DNA of 64,000 nt from Trichoplax adhaerens (lineage: Eukaryota > Animalia > Placozoa), in assembly GCF_000150275.1 (NCBI RefSeq), contig NW_002060949.1:1857836-1921835 (forward strand), in the 5' to 3' direction. The notes beneath the pieces were generated by a model, which was not told the DNA's origin, made no database searches, and saw nothing but the letters and a program-made list of their open reading frames with translations. The translations under genes were made by a program, and so were the position numbers. Position 1 is the first letter of the stretch. Each line of letters opens with the position of its first letter. Positions 28,149 to 41,294 of the stretch are shown piece by piece.

Positions 28149-31100
28149 TTATGTGCGTTGCTTTCGTCGAATAGGGCGCCGAATTTTCCTTGTCGCTGTA
28201 GCTCCCGCACCTTGATTACTGTCATTTGAACTAGCACCAAAAGTAAACGTAGGGGCATTTTGACTACCACCAAAGTTAAACCCGCTAGGATTTACACTAG
28301 TATTACCAGCAGCGCCAAAATTGAAACCACTTTGTTGAACTTGTGGTGTCGCGCTTGGATTAGAACCGAATGCAAATCCTCCTGGATTAGATGATCCGTT
28401 AGCTCCAAATTGGAAGGCTGGCGTATTTTGCGAACCACTCGAAGCATTAGGCCATGTGTTATTATTAGAGCTATTATTATTATTATTGTTATTGTTGCTA
28501 TTATTTCCAAATGAGAACCCTTGTGGCTGCTGCTGCCCAATTGCACTAGATGAAGTATTACCAAAAGCAGAAGTTGAGTTGGGCAAATTCGTTTGTGGAG
28601 TATTACCTGTAAAGGAAAATCCAGTAAAAGACGATGACGTTGTTGTCGGAGGACCAAAACTGAATCCATCAGGAACGGATTTATTTCCTGAAGTATTTTG
28701 TCCAAATCCACTAACTGTTGTACTATCTTTGGTTGTTTGATTAAAGGCATTATTTACGTCAGCGGATGCGGTAGTATTTGATGTTGAGCCAAAAGGTCCA
28801 ACCGAACCTGTGCTATTGTTGGAATTATTATTCTGTTGGCCGAAAGTGAAGATACTATTGGAAGGTTGTTGCTGCTCGAATGCAACTTTATTGTTACCAA
28901 TATTACTATTAGGAGCAGCAGAAGATGTAGCATTACTTGCCTGGCCAAAATTAAAACCAGTATTTGTTTTGGGCAAAGTCTGAGTAAAAGGAGAGCTGCT
29001 TTGAGCTTGTGTCTGTCCAAAAGTGAAGTTACTAGTAGATATAGTACTAGTTGTAATTGGTTTATTTACTGCTGAGCTACCAAATGCAAATTTTGGTTCA
29101 GACGTGGTTGCTGTCGTTGTCGAAGAAGTCTGATTGAATGAAAATAGATTGGAAGATGACAAAGTATCTTTTTGACCAAAGGTGCCCGCAATGGTTGTTG
29201 TATTTTGGGTGTTTGGTGCTGTTGATGTAAACTGACCAAATTTAAAATCTTCACCAGAAGCCGTTGTAGTAGCATCTGCTGATTTACCAAAAGTAAACAT
29301 GGCTGTAGGATTCGATGCTATTTTCGGAGACGGGGCATTTTCAGATTTAGTGACATTAAGAGCTATGTTAGGCATACTACTATCATTCTTTGCAGCAGAG
29401 GCAGTAGTATTTCCAAAGGAGAATGTCACCGCATCCGGTTTTTTAGCCGCTGCATCGCTCCCTATAAAGCCGCCACTGCCAATTGTTGGCTGTACAAAAA
29501 ATTTATTGTATACAATAATATTAATACTATTAGCCTGTAGACGATTTTCATATTGTAACAGTAATAATTAGCTGTAAATAAGTACGATAAGAAAGATTAA
29601 AATATTTCACCATGTCCGATAACTACTAACTTGAACGGCTGTTTCAGGAAATTTGATTGTAGATGCTTTACCACTAGTTGTATTACCAAAAGGTTGAGAT
29701 TTTTCAATATCTTTGTTACTTGTAATAACGCTTGAAGTAGTAACTGCAACATCTGGAGTAGCTGACTCTGCCGTTGCTGGTGCATCGCTGGTAACTTTTG
29801 ACTATATAAATATTGCAATAGCTAATATCAGTAAACAATTACAACTCAATCGAGGCAAATAGAAAAACTGTAGTTACGGTAACCATATCACATTCTATAC
29901 GTGCCTGAGCCTTATCTCCAGATGCTTTAATTGGATATTGAGGGATAGGAGGCTTACCCATTGTTGATCTGTAAGCCTATACATGTAAATAATTAGATCA
30001 ATACATTAACAAAAGATAAAATCTAACATTGATACAGTAATTATCTTAATCCAAGTATTAAAGCATTTTCAAAAATCATACATGTGGTTTTTCCGCTTTG
30101 CTTTCTGATTTAGCAGCAATATCGACTAAATGAAATAATAATATTAGAAGCATGTATCTTATCAAACAATACCATGCATGCAAGAATGGCTTACCTGTTT
30201 TTTGATCTTCAGTTGGCTTTGTGTCATTACCACCAAACGTAAAATTAAAATTACCTGAACTTGGTTGGTTTAAATCATCAGTTTTATTTGTAGGTTGGCT
30301 GCCAAAAGTAAATATCGGAGCCTTAGTGCCGATATCAGTCTTTGTTTCCGCTATACTAATATTTCCACTATCATTGTCTGATTTTTTACTGCCAGTTGAG
30401 AAATTAAATTTGAAACCAGATGAACCTTCATTTTCACCTCCCTGCCCAAATATAGCAGGGTTACCCGCTTTATTAGTGCTAATGGAATTCTTATTTGCAG
30501 GTGTAAACTTGAATCCGCCTTCTAATCCTGATGAAGTACTCTCAGAAGCGACCGACGTCGATATTAGTTTAAATTGATTATTTGATGATACTTGAGTCGT
30601 TTTACTATCAAAAGTAAATCCGCCGGCGTCTATTTGATCAGTAGTGCTACCAAATTTAATTTCAGGAGGAAGAGTAGACTTCAATTTTTCATTGCTTTTA
30701 TCTATCAATAAAAACGTTAATTAATATATTAAGTTAAGTTAATTGAGTAACAATGTGTTATTGACAGTAGAAATCATAGCTAGTACGTCGAGAAAAGTTT
30801 ACCTTGACTATACTCATTTTTACTCGATCCAGGTTTACTAGCATTACATGCAATACACTCATTATCTGATTCTCCATTTCGTACAAAACACACTTGACAT
30901 TCCCAGGTATTTTTAGGTACCGATATCTTATTCCATAAGCTTGGGGTCTTAGTATCACTAGGTTGGCTATCTGTAGCCGGTTTCTTTGTTTCACAAGCGA
31001 TATTTTTTTCATCGGGAACAGTGAATAAATTTAGTGGTTTTTTCTCATCTGCAGTTTTCGTTGGTACAACTTTACTATCCTGATAAGCAATACATTTGCT

Positions 31101-34100
31101 TTCAGATTGATTGTTACGAATCAAACTAGTCTGGCATTCCGAAGTATCTTGATCATTTGATTTACTCCAAAGATTAGGTACTTTGCTATCGGATTTGCTA
31201 GGATTTTTAGATTCAGGAACGGAAACCAATAATGGCGATTTATTGAAATCTACTTTAATGTTATGTGAATCTTTATCAGTTAATCCCATCTTAGCTTTAG
31301 ATTCGGTAGAATTCCCAAAGCTAAACTGATCAATCTTATTCTCCATCTTTCCTCCTTGATTCTTTTCATTGCTGCATTTTGAAGTAATTTTTTCAGATCA
31401 AACATTCTTTATACAAATACGGTAATTGAAGCAAAAACTAACCTTGACACAATTTTAGAGCTCAACGAACTAAAATGATATTCTTCATCCTATTTAATTG
31501 TAAAGGTAAAATGAATTACGTCTAACAATGATAATTGGATCGTTAATTCATTCTAACTGTTGTTACAAAAAAAAGGAATTATGTTACATAATCATTTACT
31601 TCGTCCTTATACGATGCACTAGATTTAGGAAGAGCCGATAACGGCTTTGGATTCTTGAAAGCAAAATGTTCACTTTCCTTTTCGTTCAGTACATTGGCAT
31701 TATTCTAATGGTGTTCAATGGTTTTGTTATTAATAGGTGTTTTTAATATATAGTTGTCTACAGTATACTATTTACCTTCTTGTTCGTGACCGACATTGGC
31801 TTCTCATCTTTTACTGCAGAGCTAAAATTAAACTGAGGAAAACTGCTGTTACCAATTGGTAATGCTACTTTAGGTAATTCATATTCGGGGGTTTCAATTT
31901 CTGCTTCATTACGGTCAGTATTTGTACTTTTCCTAGGAACTCGCGTACTGAGTCGTGATGACTTCATTTTTCTTGAACTTGATTTTTGATAGCTTTCCGA
32001 GTTTGATGCATCACCACGATTTCTCATATTTGAACTTGATAAGGGTGTACTGGCATCAACACTATCAACTTCATCCTGCTTGCGATGATGATCACGCCAC
32101 ACCTTTTCCGCTAGCTCAGCACTACCGCCACTACTGTTGTAATTAGCTAATCGAGTAGTTAAAGCAGAAGATTTATCAGAGAAACGTTCAGTTTTAGTAG
32201 GAGTATCTTGACTAATAATCATTGGTTTCGTAGGAGGTGGAGACGTTACTGGTAGAACAACTCGATTACTCTTTCTTGCAGCAGAAGATGACATTCTCTC
32301 TCTTGATAGTAGTGATCTTGACTTATCAATCTGGAATGCTAACGGGGAATTCATTAGATATGATGGTTTATTCATTTCCTTCGCCGTATCAGATATGCCA
32401 TCCAAAGTGGACAATATTTGTTTTGCAGCTTCGCTTATTACAGGTGATGAAGCCTCATGAACCTGAACACGGTCCCTTACACTTACTGATACTGTTTTGA
32501 ACCTAAGTAAAAAGGACAATGTTAATGAATCACACCATAAGATTTCGCGGTCTGAAATTGAACATTACTGGAAGTATAAATGTATTTTTTTGTTACCTTT
32601 TAGGCGTACGTAATTCAGACAGGTTATCATTACTCTCTCTTTTAATGACCTTAATGTTGTCATTTGAGGCAATACCGCCATATCTAGTATTGCCGTCGTA
32701 AAACGATGATCTTAACAAACGATCTTTAGTTCTCCATACAGGTATAGTGCTATCGTTCGATATACGGGCATTATGCAGCTTCGATGATTTAAATGAGTTT
32801 ATGGAGAATGATGGACTACGTGAGTTAATTTCATTGGTATCTGTAGTACGTAACCTATCATAAGAATCGCCCTTCTCTGTAAAGTTTAAAACCGCTTCAT
32901 TTGGTCTTTGCGAAATGGTATCTACATTGAAATGCTCACCTACATTATTGACAGTAAGTAAGTAAAATTTGTCAATAAAATAAGTTAACAGCTGATAGAA
33001 AGTAGCAAATTAAAAGGAACTGTTAAAATAAGTTATTGAGATTGTTTCAAATGGTCAGCTTCTTATCATACTTCTGGTTAGAGGGTTATGATCCTGGTTA
33101 TGGTCTTCAATATGACTAGAAGTTGACGGTTGGATATCTGGAATCTAAATCAATTTTAAATCACAAACATATTTTTTGATTTAGTTAAAAATAATATCCA
33201 AAAAAGGGATAGTTGTCTCATTGTACTGCATAAGAACATCAACCGAGTTCAATATTTTGTTGTGGGTGATCAAGCCTCCTCTATCGAAATACTTGGACCA
33301 TATTTGAAGAATTAACATGACAATCGTTACCTTGGAATGATAGGAAGTAATATTGGGCACCGTTTTCGATAATGCTCTACGTTTCGCTGGTGGGGATGGT
33401 ATATCGTCACTCAATAAGTCGGCTGTAATATTGTATATAATATTGAAGATAACAAAACATATGCCGGAAGATTAGATTTATTATCTTGTGTAAAATATTG
33501 AATACTATAATTGATCACATTACGGGCTAACTGATGCTTTAGTTAACATTAGGTGGTATGCCACATAAACTTTTGATAAAACTTTACCCTGTTGATCGAG
33601 CAATGATATCGTTTAATTGTTGTAATTGTAAGTGTATCAAAGCACTTACGTGATAGATCTTGTGAGTTGGCACCATCATCATCAGGTTGATCACTTTCTG
33701 TTGAACCCCATCGAAGCCAACTTGGCATGTAATCCAAAACTTTTTCAAGGAGCGTCTACGTTATCAAAATGAAAGAATAACGAAAGAATTTCAAGTTATT
33801 CCACATACAATCAAGTAATTAATATATCGTATTGAGACATTGCCAATGGTGTAGAGACTATTGTCGAAGGAATTGTATCTAATATCATGTTTAGATAATA
33901 CAATTAAAAACGACAGAGATAGTGATATTCTGTTTAGAGTACCACTGGTCGATATTACGCGATTTCAAGCAGGGTGCATCCATGGCTGGCGTTCTACGTC
34001 ATAGAGGTTTATCAATTAAATGTTGGCAAGTATGCGAAAAGTAGTAGCGATTTTAACATCTACTCGTTATTGTTGTGAAGAGGAGAGGAAGTTCAAGGAA

Positions 34101-35236
34101 ACTACCGCAAGAAGTATATAATTGAGAGATTGTAGAAGAGACGATATTGTTATCACGTTTTGATGTACGAATTTATCACGCCATTCTAAAAAAAGCTTTA
34201 CTTCTCCAATAACTTACAGTAGATAACATGGTGATGAATATCGAAAATCTTACAAGTTTATAACCTGCAAGATGTCATCAGAATAGTGTAGTAGCAATAG
34301 CATTCATACAAATTGAATGTGCTTTCACCCTACGAGCGTATCAGGAATATGGGTCAATGAAATGGCTGTATACTGTAGACACGTAGTAGGATTGCTTGCA
34401 AAATTGATCTCACTATTCCATACTATCATGATACTTTGTGTAGGAATAACTACAGTCATTCCTATTTCAATATTAAGCACTAGTCAACGGTAATCCATGT
34501 GTAATGTACAACACAGACAAGTTGTGCTTCATCATCGTTATGTAATTCATTGAATGGAGTTGTCTATCCATTGGCCATCATTTAAGTTGTTAAGTACAAT
34601 AAAAAATCAATTAATCGGGAATTTCTTCACGACTATCGTTGGTATGATGAAGTCCATTCCCTATCTGATTGATCTAAAGTATACAAGCTACGACAATGTA
34701 ACTATAGCGTTGAAGGGTATAAAATTGGTGGTGATCAGAATTGATCACCGTATGACTATGATCAATGGATTCAAAATATTGATGATTTGGTAAGATGATG
34801 TTGCGTTTTGATTTTCTACTGTCATGAATACCGTAGAAAGTAACAACACGTACGATGTTGAAGTTAGCATGTGGGGTGGAAATTGTCTCCTTGTAATGCA
34901 GTGGTTTTTTGGCTAGCGCTTATCATCGGTAGTGTAGACATGATGGTCCAACTAGGGAGTTTCTACTGCTGAGAAGACGACTACAGTACGCCAAAATCAT
35001 TCTCAACATTACAGTCGATTCTACGTCAAAAGAGGCTGATCGCTGGTCTTGGTGATATAAAAGGTGAACATAGAGTGTAGAAAGATTGGCTATCAATCCA
35101 ATTGGTATGATTGATAAGCACAACGGAAGAATAAAAAGCTATAGGAAAAAGGGACTGTTATCCTCTTGCAATGGTGATGGCTGCACTTTGTCCATCTTAC
35201 CTTACTCCTATCATTGGATCGTCCACGTTTGGACAT
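28149..35236 (-). CDS. NUP153: Nuclear basket FG-nucleoporin Nup153-like (multi-exon)
   Basis: Predicted exon 1 35236-35201 (MSKRGRSNDRSK, GTAAG donor) and exon 2 33755-33650 (TLLEKVLDYMPSWL, resembling the Nup153 N-terminal amphipathic motif). Also a FYDGNTRYGG-type segment near 32700, SEAAKQILSTL, LP.FNFS, a RanBP2-type zinc finger at 30905-30831, a long FxFG domain and a basic C-terminus RKIRRPIRRK. Not all internal exon boundaries were resolved. Confidence 0.85.
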
Positions 35237-38200
35237 GGTAAATGATCACGCGGCGTAAGTCAAATTGACCAAAGCACCACTACAGCATGGAACACTTTTA
35301 TTAGATATAATCTTGTCAGTCAGTTGCTTGCCAACTGGATCACGTCTACACCAGTACAATGGATGCGTATCTAATCAAGAGAAGAAAAAAAAACAACCGC
35401 CAAGAATTAATTGAATTTCCTCACTAGCAATAACTTGATCAAATTGCCAATTCAATGGTTGCAAGTTATTCCATTTTCGACAATCGATGCAAATTGCAAT
35501 TACCCTTTTGAATCGGGCAGCCCTTGGAATGATGTCGCATGCAGTCGTCGATTGAGAGAAGATTTTAGCGGGTCTAGCGGGTTACTTTGCCGACGTCGAA
35601 TGGAGAATTGCTGCGGCAATTTTGATTGGTCGTATCGATTAGCGAGCTTAATACGCATGTGTGAACCACTGGAAGGCTTTTCAATCCAATCCCAGTACAG
35701 TACCAGTACAGCCGGCTACTACAGTCTATAGTACTGTAGTGGCTAGTCATTTTGGCTTGAGATTGGAATACTCGACAACGCACCGTCTATTTTCAGAGAA
35801 GATAGTACTGTACTTTGTGTACTGAACACACTGAGTGTACAGTACTGCAAAAACGGTACAGTACACTTCTAACTGTGAACTGCAATGGCCGATACGTATC
35901 GTGCCACCCACGGCCGACGCTAATTTAAACCGGTTCAACCCGCGTGCTAGATGGTGTTTTCGCTGTCCACTGAGACTTACTTGTAGGTATTCAGAACTGC
36001 AAAATTCAATTCCATTCTCATACCCGGATGTAGGTGCACCAAGGTATGAGATTTCTCATCCCATGCGCTGTTTAGCAAGCCTGCCTATGCAAGCTGTGAC
36101 TGCACTGGTTCTCTGGATGAATTAATGGCTGAATCATCTCTACTCTACCGTCCACACAGTCCTGTAAAGCGATTGACTGCTTTATACAGCACAATGGAGT
36201 GGACACATAAATCGCCAAACTTAATTGAACAAAGATCATAACATGTATCCAATCATATTCGGTAAATTTATAGTCCACATGCTTACAAGATCCGGGAGAG
36301 AACACAAATCCAACTGATAATTTGCTTATACATAATGTCGCAACATCGCCTGTCCTGTAAACTACTGCTTGTTACCTTGTAGTGTACGCGCCATAGAACG
36401 TGGGCAATCCTAGATATCGTACATTCAGGTCTATCGTACAATACTCTTTACGGCTTATCTACACCTTATCTACAGTAACTAGATTAATTAATTAATTAAG
36501 CCAATCGGAGACAATATACAAGCACCTTACAGTTAGGTTTAGAAAAATGGCACTGGTATTGCAGACAATATTGATGAGAGTATACTGTACAGTTAATCGA
36601 GAAGGCTATTTTTCGCAATATTGTATGTGTTTATAACGAGATCAAGAATCTCAGATTTGGAGCTTTCCTTTTCTTTAGTCTACTTTATTTGGAAGCCCGA
36701 GCCAAGCGCGATATCATGCACACGTTAACGAGACATCAGAACTGTGACAACAAAATAGCTCTTGTACGAACATAACTTTAATACCATATCCTAATGCACG
36801 TGAACATTTGTAGCATCACTAGCATGTGATCTTAATGAGGTAAAATGATTCTGCAGAAAAGCGATTGTACCGTAAGCACCTAAATCACTACTGTTCTTCC
36901 ACTATACACAGTACAGTACGACTAAACGAAAACTTATTGCCATCACTAAAATGAGTAAAACGCTGGTCTGGTATGAACGGAATGCATGCAACATGAGGAC
37001 ATGCAGCAAATTCAATTCTTTTCTCTTGATAGTACTGTATCGATGAGGATGTTGTGGTTAGGTAGCTTGCACAGAGAAAAGATATTCAATCGTAAGCCTT
37101 CAGTAACTCTTGAAACGTTGATTTTAACTTTTAAATGTTCGTCCTTCTAACTACCGTAGTCTAACGCTGTACAACGGGATAAACTCGTAGGGGCAACGTT
37201 TCCTAGAGACGTATCCTCACCTACATTTACTATACAAAGTACATGTAGAGAATTGGGACAAAGCACAGGAAACATGGAAATTTTCTCAATTTGGAGTACA
37301 ATGTTATAGAGCAAACTGAATACTAGCAATAAAATTATTATACAGTGAATAGTACTGCACCTGAGCACCGTAGCTTTTCGGATACCATTGACCATCTTAG
37401 CAAAAGGTGAAAAGGAAAAGTACACCGAAATATGACTATAAATTGTCAATATCGTCAGGGATAAGACGACATTTGCTTACCTACAATATACGCGTATGGT
37501 GTGATACAACATCAGCAGTTCTGTACGGTAATCTCGTAAGTTCTAGCAAATACGGTATATGCTTAGTATACTCTATTATGAAATAAATTGATATCCCTTC
37601 AAAATTGAAAATTAAAAATGAATTATGCTGCAGTACCATAACCTATGGAACACTCTTGGAGGTAAAAATGTTGAACATAATAGCTAGCTAAGAGGGTATA
37701 GAAAACATACAATTTTTCAATTTGAAGTAACTGTCCATCTCGTCAGTGCTAAAGTATTTGTTCTTGATATCGGTGTCGAACCGATGATATAATTAAATAT
37801 TACTGTTAAGCAATAGTTTGAATCTGAGATAATCTATCATTGGTGACAATTGCCGTTATAGGCAATAAGCCGTCGAAAAGTTCATATGCCATATAATTTA
37901 GTACTGCAAAGTGTACGCGAAACCATATTATCCTAATTTGTAAGCATTCATGAATACTACTTAGAAGACCTTCGAGATTTTTGAACCGTATCGTGTAACA
38001 ATATTTTTGAATTTAATTTCGTTAAAATGTATCCCAGATGGAAGCAGTATCCAATACAGAAGGGCCGGTTAAATTCTTTTCTGGGCCATCTTGAGCCAAT
38101 GCTCCATGAAACTACAGAATTGTAAATACTACTAAGAATGCTTCTGATATCAGCTTTGAGATCGGTAGAAGTTCATTTGAGCTTGCAAAAATATTTAAAC

Positions 38201-38582
38201 TATCACTTGCAGAACTGTAAGCTCGTTACAAGCGGTAGTGCACTTCATATCTAATTACGAAGTACAGTGGAATCGTATAATAATTAATTACTACTAATAA
38301 TATGTCAAGGTTGGAAAGCAATTGGATAAGCCGAGCACTATCGCTTAATTAATAAATTAAAACTACCATGCTTGATAATTTTTGACTAATCCTAGGGCAA
38401 GAATCTCCGTACTCGTAATTGTAGCAGGTTGCTACTGATTCTACATTCTAGTGAGTTAATTTGGCAAGTAAAACAGTCTGGACTTTATTACTGGTTTGCC
38501 CTAGCGGAAAACTGCTAGCACTATTAGGGTCGAGAATCTCTTACATCTAATCTGTCCGCGATTTCATTGTTTCAACAAAGTA

Positions 38583-40763
38583 ATGGAAGAAAGCTAGACA
38601 AACAACATTGCAGCAGTTTCTGAAGTGTGGATATCTCATCTCAATGCCAAGCATTTCATTTGGCAATGTTTTTTTCGTTCAAAAGAACGACCGAAAAAGG
38701 CTCTACGGTACAGATGTAAGTGTAAATATTGTGCCAAGGAAATGGATGGAAAACCTGAACGCATGGTTGGACATGTTATAAGACTTTGTAAGAAAATTCC
38801 TGATCATGAAAGGGAAAAATATTGCAGGCAGTATGCACAATCAGCAACCGCTATAGCTTTCGCAGGAAATAGGCCAGTGATATACCAAAATGAACAACCA
38901 AAGTACAAACACAAAAGCAATTTTCCACCTTTGAAGGAATTAAAAGGGGACACGGAAAAATTAAATTTGGATTTACTTCGAGCTCTCATTTCAGCAAAGT
39001 TACCCATTTCATGTGTTGATAATTACTATTTTTAAAAATTCCTTACAGATATACAATCGAATTACTAACCAGCAAATAGTAATACCCTTGGCAATGCATA
39101 TTTATCAATACTATACGCTGAAGCATGTCGAAAACGAGATCTTCAGATAAAAGAGAATGATTGTCTGACAATGTTATGGGATGGTTGGACCGATGCCAGT
39201 GGATCATCAATTTACACACTCTCGCTGCTTTACGACTATGATAAGTCGGACATATTCAGTGTACGAGAAATATCCCATTCATACCATACCGCCGAAAATA
39301 TGTATGCAGAAATTACGACAGTTATAAGTGAAAGCAATGTCACATTTAGGAAGATTAAATGTTTACTTACTAATACTGGTAGTGTTATGTTAAAACTTCG
39401 ACGATTAGCTGCTGATAATCATGCTAACGTCATTGCATTGGTCTGCGCTCTACATGTAATAGATACTATTTGCCAGGACGTATGCAGATTAGAACTTGCC
39501 AAGACAACAATGAAAGGAAATTATTCCTTGATGAACTTTATTCAAGCATCCAACATTTGGTTCAACAATGCAGGAGAATGGGAGAATAATCAACAGAATG
39601 TCTATCCTTTCCAATCCTTATGTATTACAAGATGGCATTTGATGATTAAAGTTTGTTTATTTGTTAGATGTTACGAAAATTTCTTAATGGAAATTACAAC
39701 AAAACCTGGCACATCTGAACAGTATCCAGTCCTATCTTCTAACGACACTGATAATCAAGATATTGCAACCATATATCGCCTTCATTTCACAAAGAATGAG
39801 GAACTAATAGAGATTTTAAAACCCATTGGAGATGTCATTGAACTTTTGAAAGATCAGAAGGCAAATATTGCTGATATATATCTTCAGATTATTTTATTAC
39901 ATGTCCATTACAAGCAATTGGAACCGACTTCGTCCAATCAGGCTATAAGGGACACTGTGCAGATTTTATCGAAACGTTTTAACCAGTACCTGAGTCATTC
40001 AATTTATATTCTCTGCCTATTTTTTTGGCCGAAATATCGTGATTTTGCTGTGAGTAGAAGATTTAATGTAACTTATATTGCTAAAGAAGTGGTTAATATT
40101 GCTAAAAGCTGGCGTTTTAATTTACATGCATGTCGAGCACTGTATAGAGATATACTGCTCTACAAAGATGATGCTTTCGCCCCTAGTGATTTAGCCTATA
40201 CGCCATTACATTTTTGGAAGGCTACTATCAATTATGGACAACCGATAAAACAGTTTACGCGCTGGATTTACAAGCTCAAAGGCCATGCTGCTCTCAATGA
40301 AAATTCATTTTTCAGATTTTCAAACGCAAAGCCAATCATCCGAAACGAGAGGACTGTCAATCATTTGCAAATGTACGGCACGATTGAAAGTATGCTTTAC
40401 AGAGAAATCCCAGATGATCAAAGACCAAGGAAAAGAAAAAGACATGCAACCAATGTGGACCATCTCATTTCTTCTACAGAAATGCCAACAGCTATTGCAG
40501 AGGATGAAGCAGAAGTAATTGATTTGTTACAAACACTAGAAAAAATGCTGCAAGAAGATAATACTAATGTTGAAGATGAAGAAGAGGAATTAAGTTTTCA
40601 GGCATCTGAGTTATTTGTGGACGACCTATTCGATTTGAATATATTGACCACTATACATGAAGAATCAAATTGGCCTGAAGTTTCGCTTTCTCAGCAACAA
40701 GGCGAAGAAGAAATCCAAGAAGATATCGAAAATTTCACATTCGCGGATGTATGTTCCATATAA
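38583..40763 (+). pseudogene. Inactivated hAT-superfamily transposase with N-terminal BED zinc finger (~726 codons)
   Basis: One unbroken frame from ATG 38583 with in-frame stops at 38595 (TAG), 39033 (TAA) and 39066 (TAA). Motifs: BED W..F..CKYC..H...C, first catalytic Asp in LWDGWTD, CALH (CxxH), TRW, LHFWK..NENSF dimerisation-like region and an acidic tail. The second catalytic Asp position reads Asn (LTNTGS). Confidence 0.85.
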
Positions 40764-41294
40764 CTAAATAGATTGGGATCAGTTACTATACTGTAGTGAC
40801 TTATTGTTATCGAATTATTGAACCACAATCGCTATATTTGCAATACATTTGTGTTATACACGTATATGTAAGCATTTGTAATCTACGTGTACTTCCTGGT
40901 CTGAGTTATCATGATAAGTAATAATGTATTAAGTGCAGTATAATAGTAGCAATAAATACGCAATCTATTTGGGTTGGTTACTATATATATATTCGTATAT
41001 GTATCTATAGTTAAACGAAGAGTTCAGTTGTTGTTATCCCCTCCAGCGGATGTTAGAACCCGGGTTATCCCTCTTTTCCTATTCTGAATCAATATACTCT
41101 TCTTCCCTAATAATTTGTATGCTACACTATCGATGGACTCTCGACTGCCACCTCCATCTACGAAGGTACCTACTGAAGTAAATGCCGATACGTCAGGGCT
41201 AGTAAACCCGACGGCGATAACATCATATATATTAATATAGATGTATATATAGCCCATCTTCTACAGTATATATCTGTTTATCTAATTCTAGATA

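Noticed and set aside
28292-30577. Overlapping alternative-frame and antisense ORFs within Nup153
   Set aside because: Expected shadows of low-complexity S/T/N/G-rich FG-repeat codons.
34217-34263. Extra Nup153 exon (good AG and GTAAG)
   Set aside because: It introduces a stop in the phase required between exon 1 and exon 2. It could only be a poison exon, which has no support.
39010-39070. An intron removing the transposase stops (acceptor-like ttccttacag at ~39048)
   Set aside because: The TAA at 39066 would remain in frame, and the intervening residues fit the hAT consensus.
38583-40763. TAA/TAG read as Gln (ciliate-type code) in the transposase, since the three stops sit at plausible Q/K positions
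   Set aside because: The following 530 codons use many CAA/CAG and contain no TAA/TAG, and neighbouring genes stop with TAA/TAG. Point mutation is the simpler explanation.
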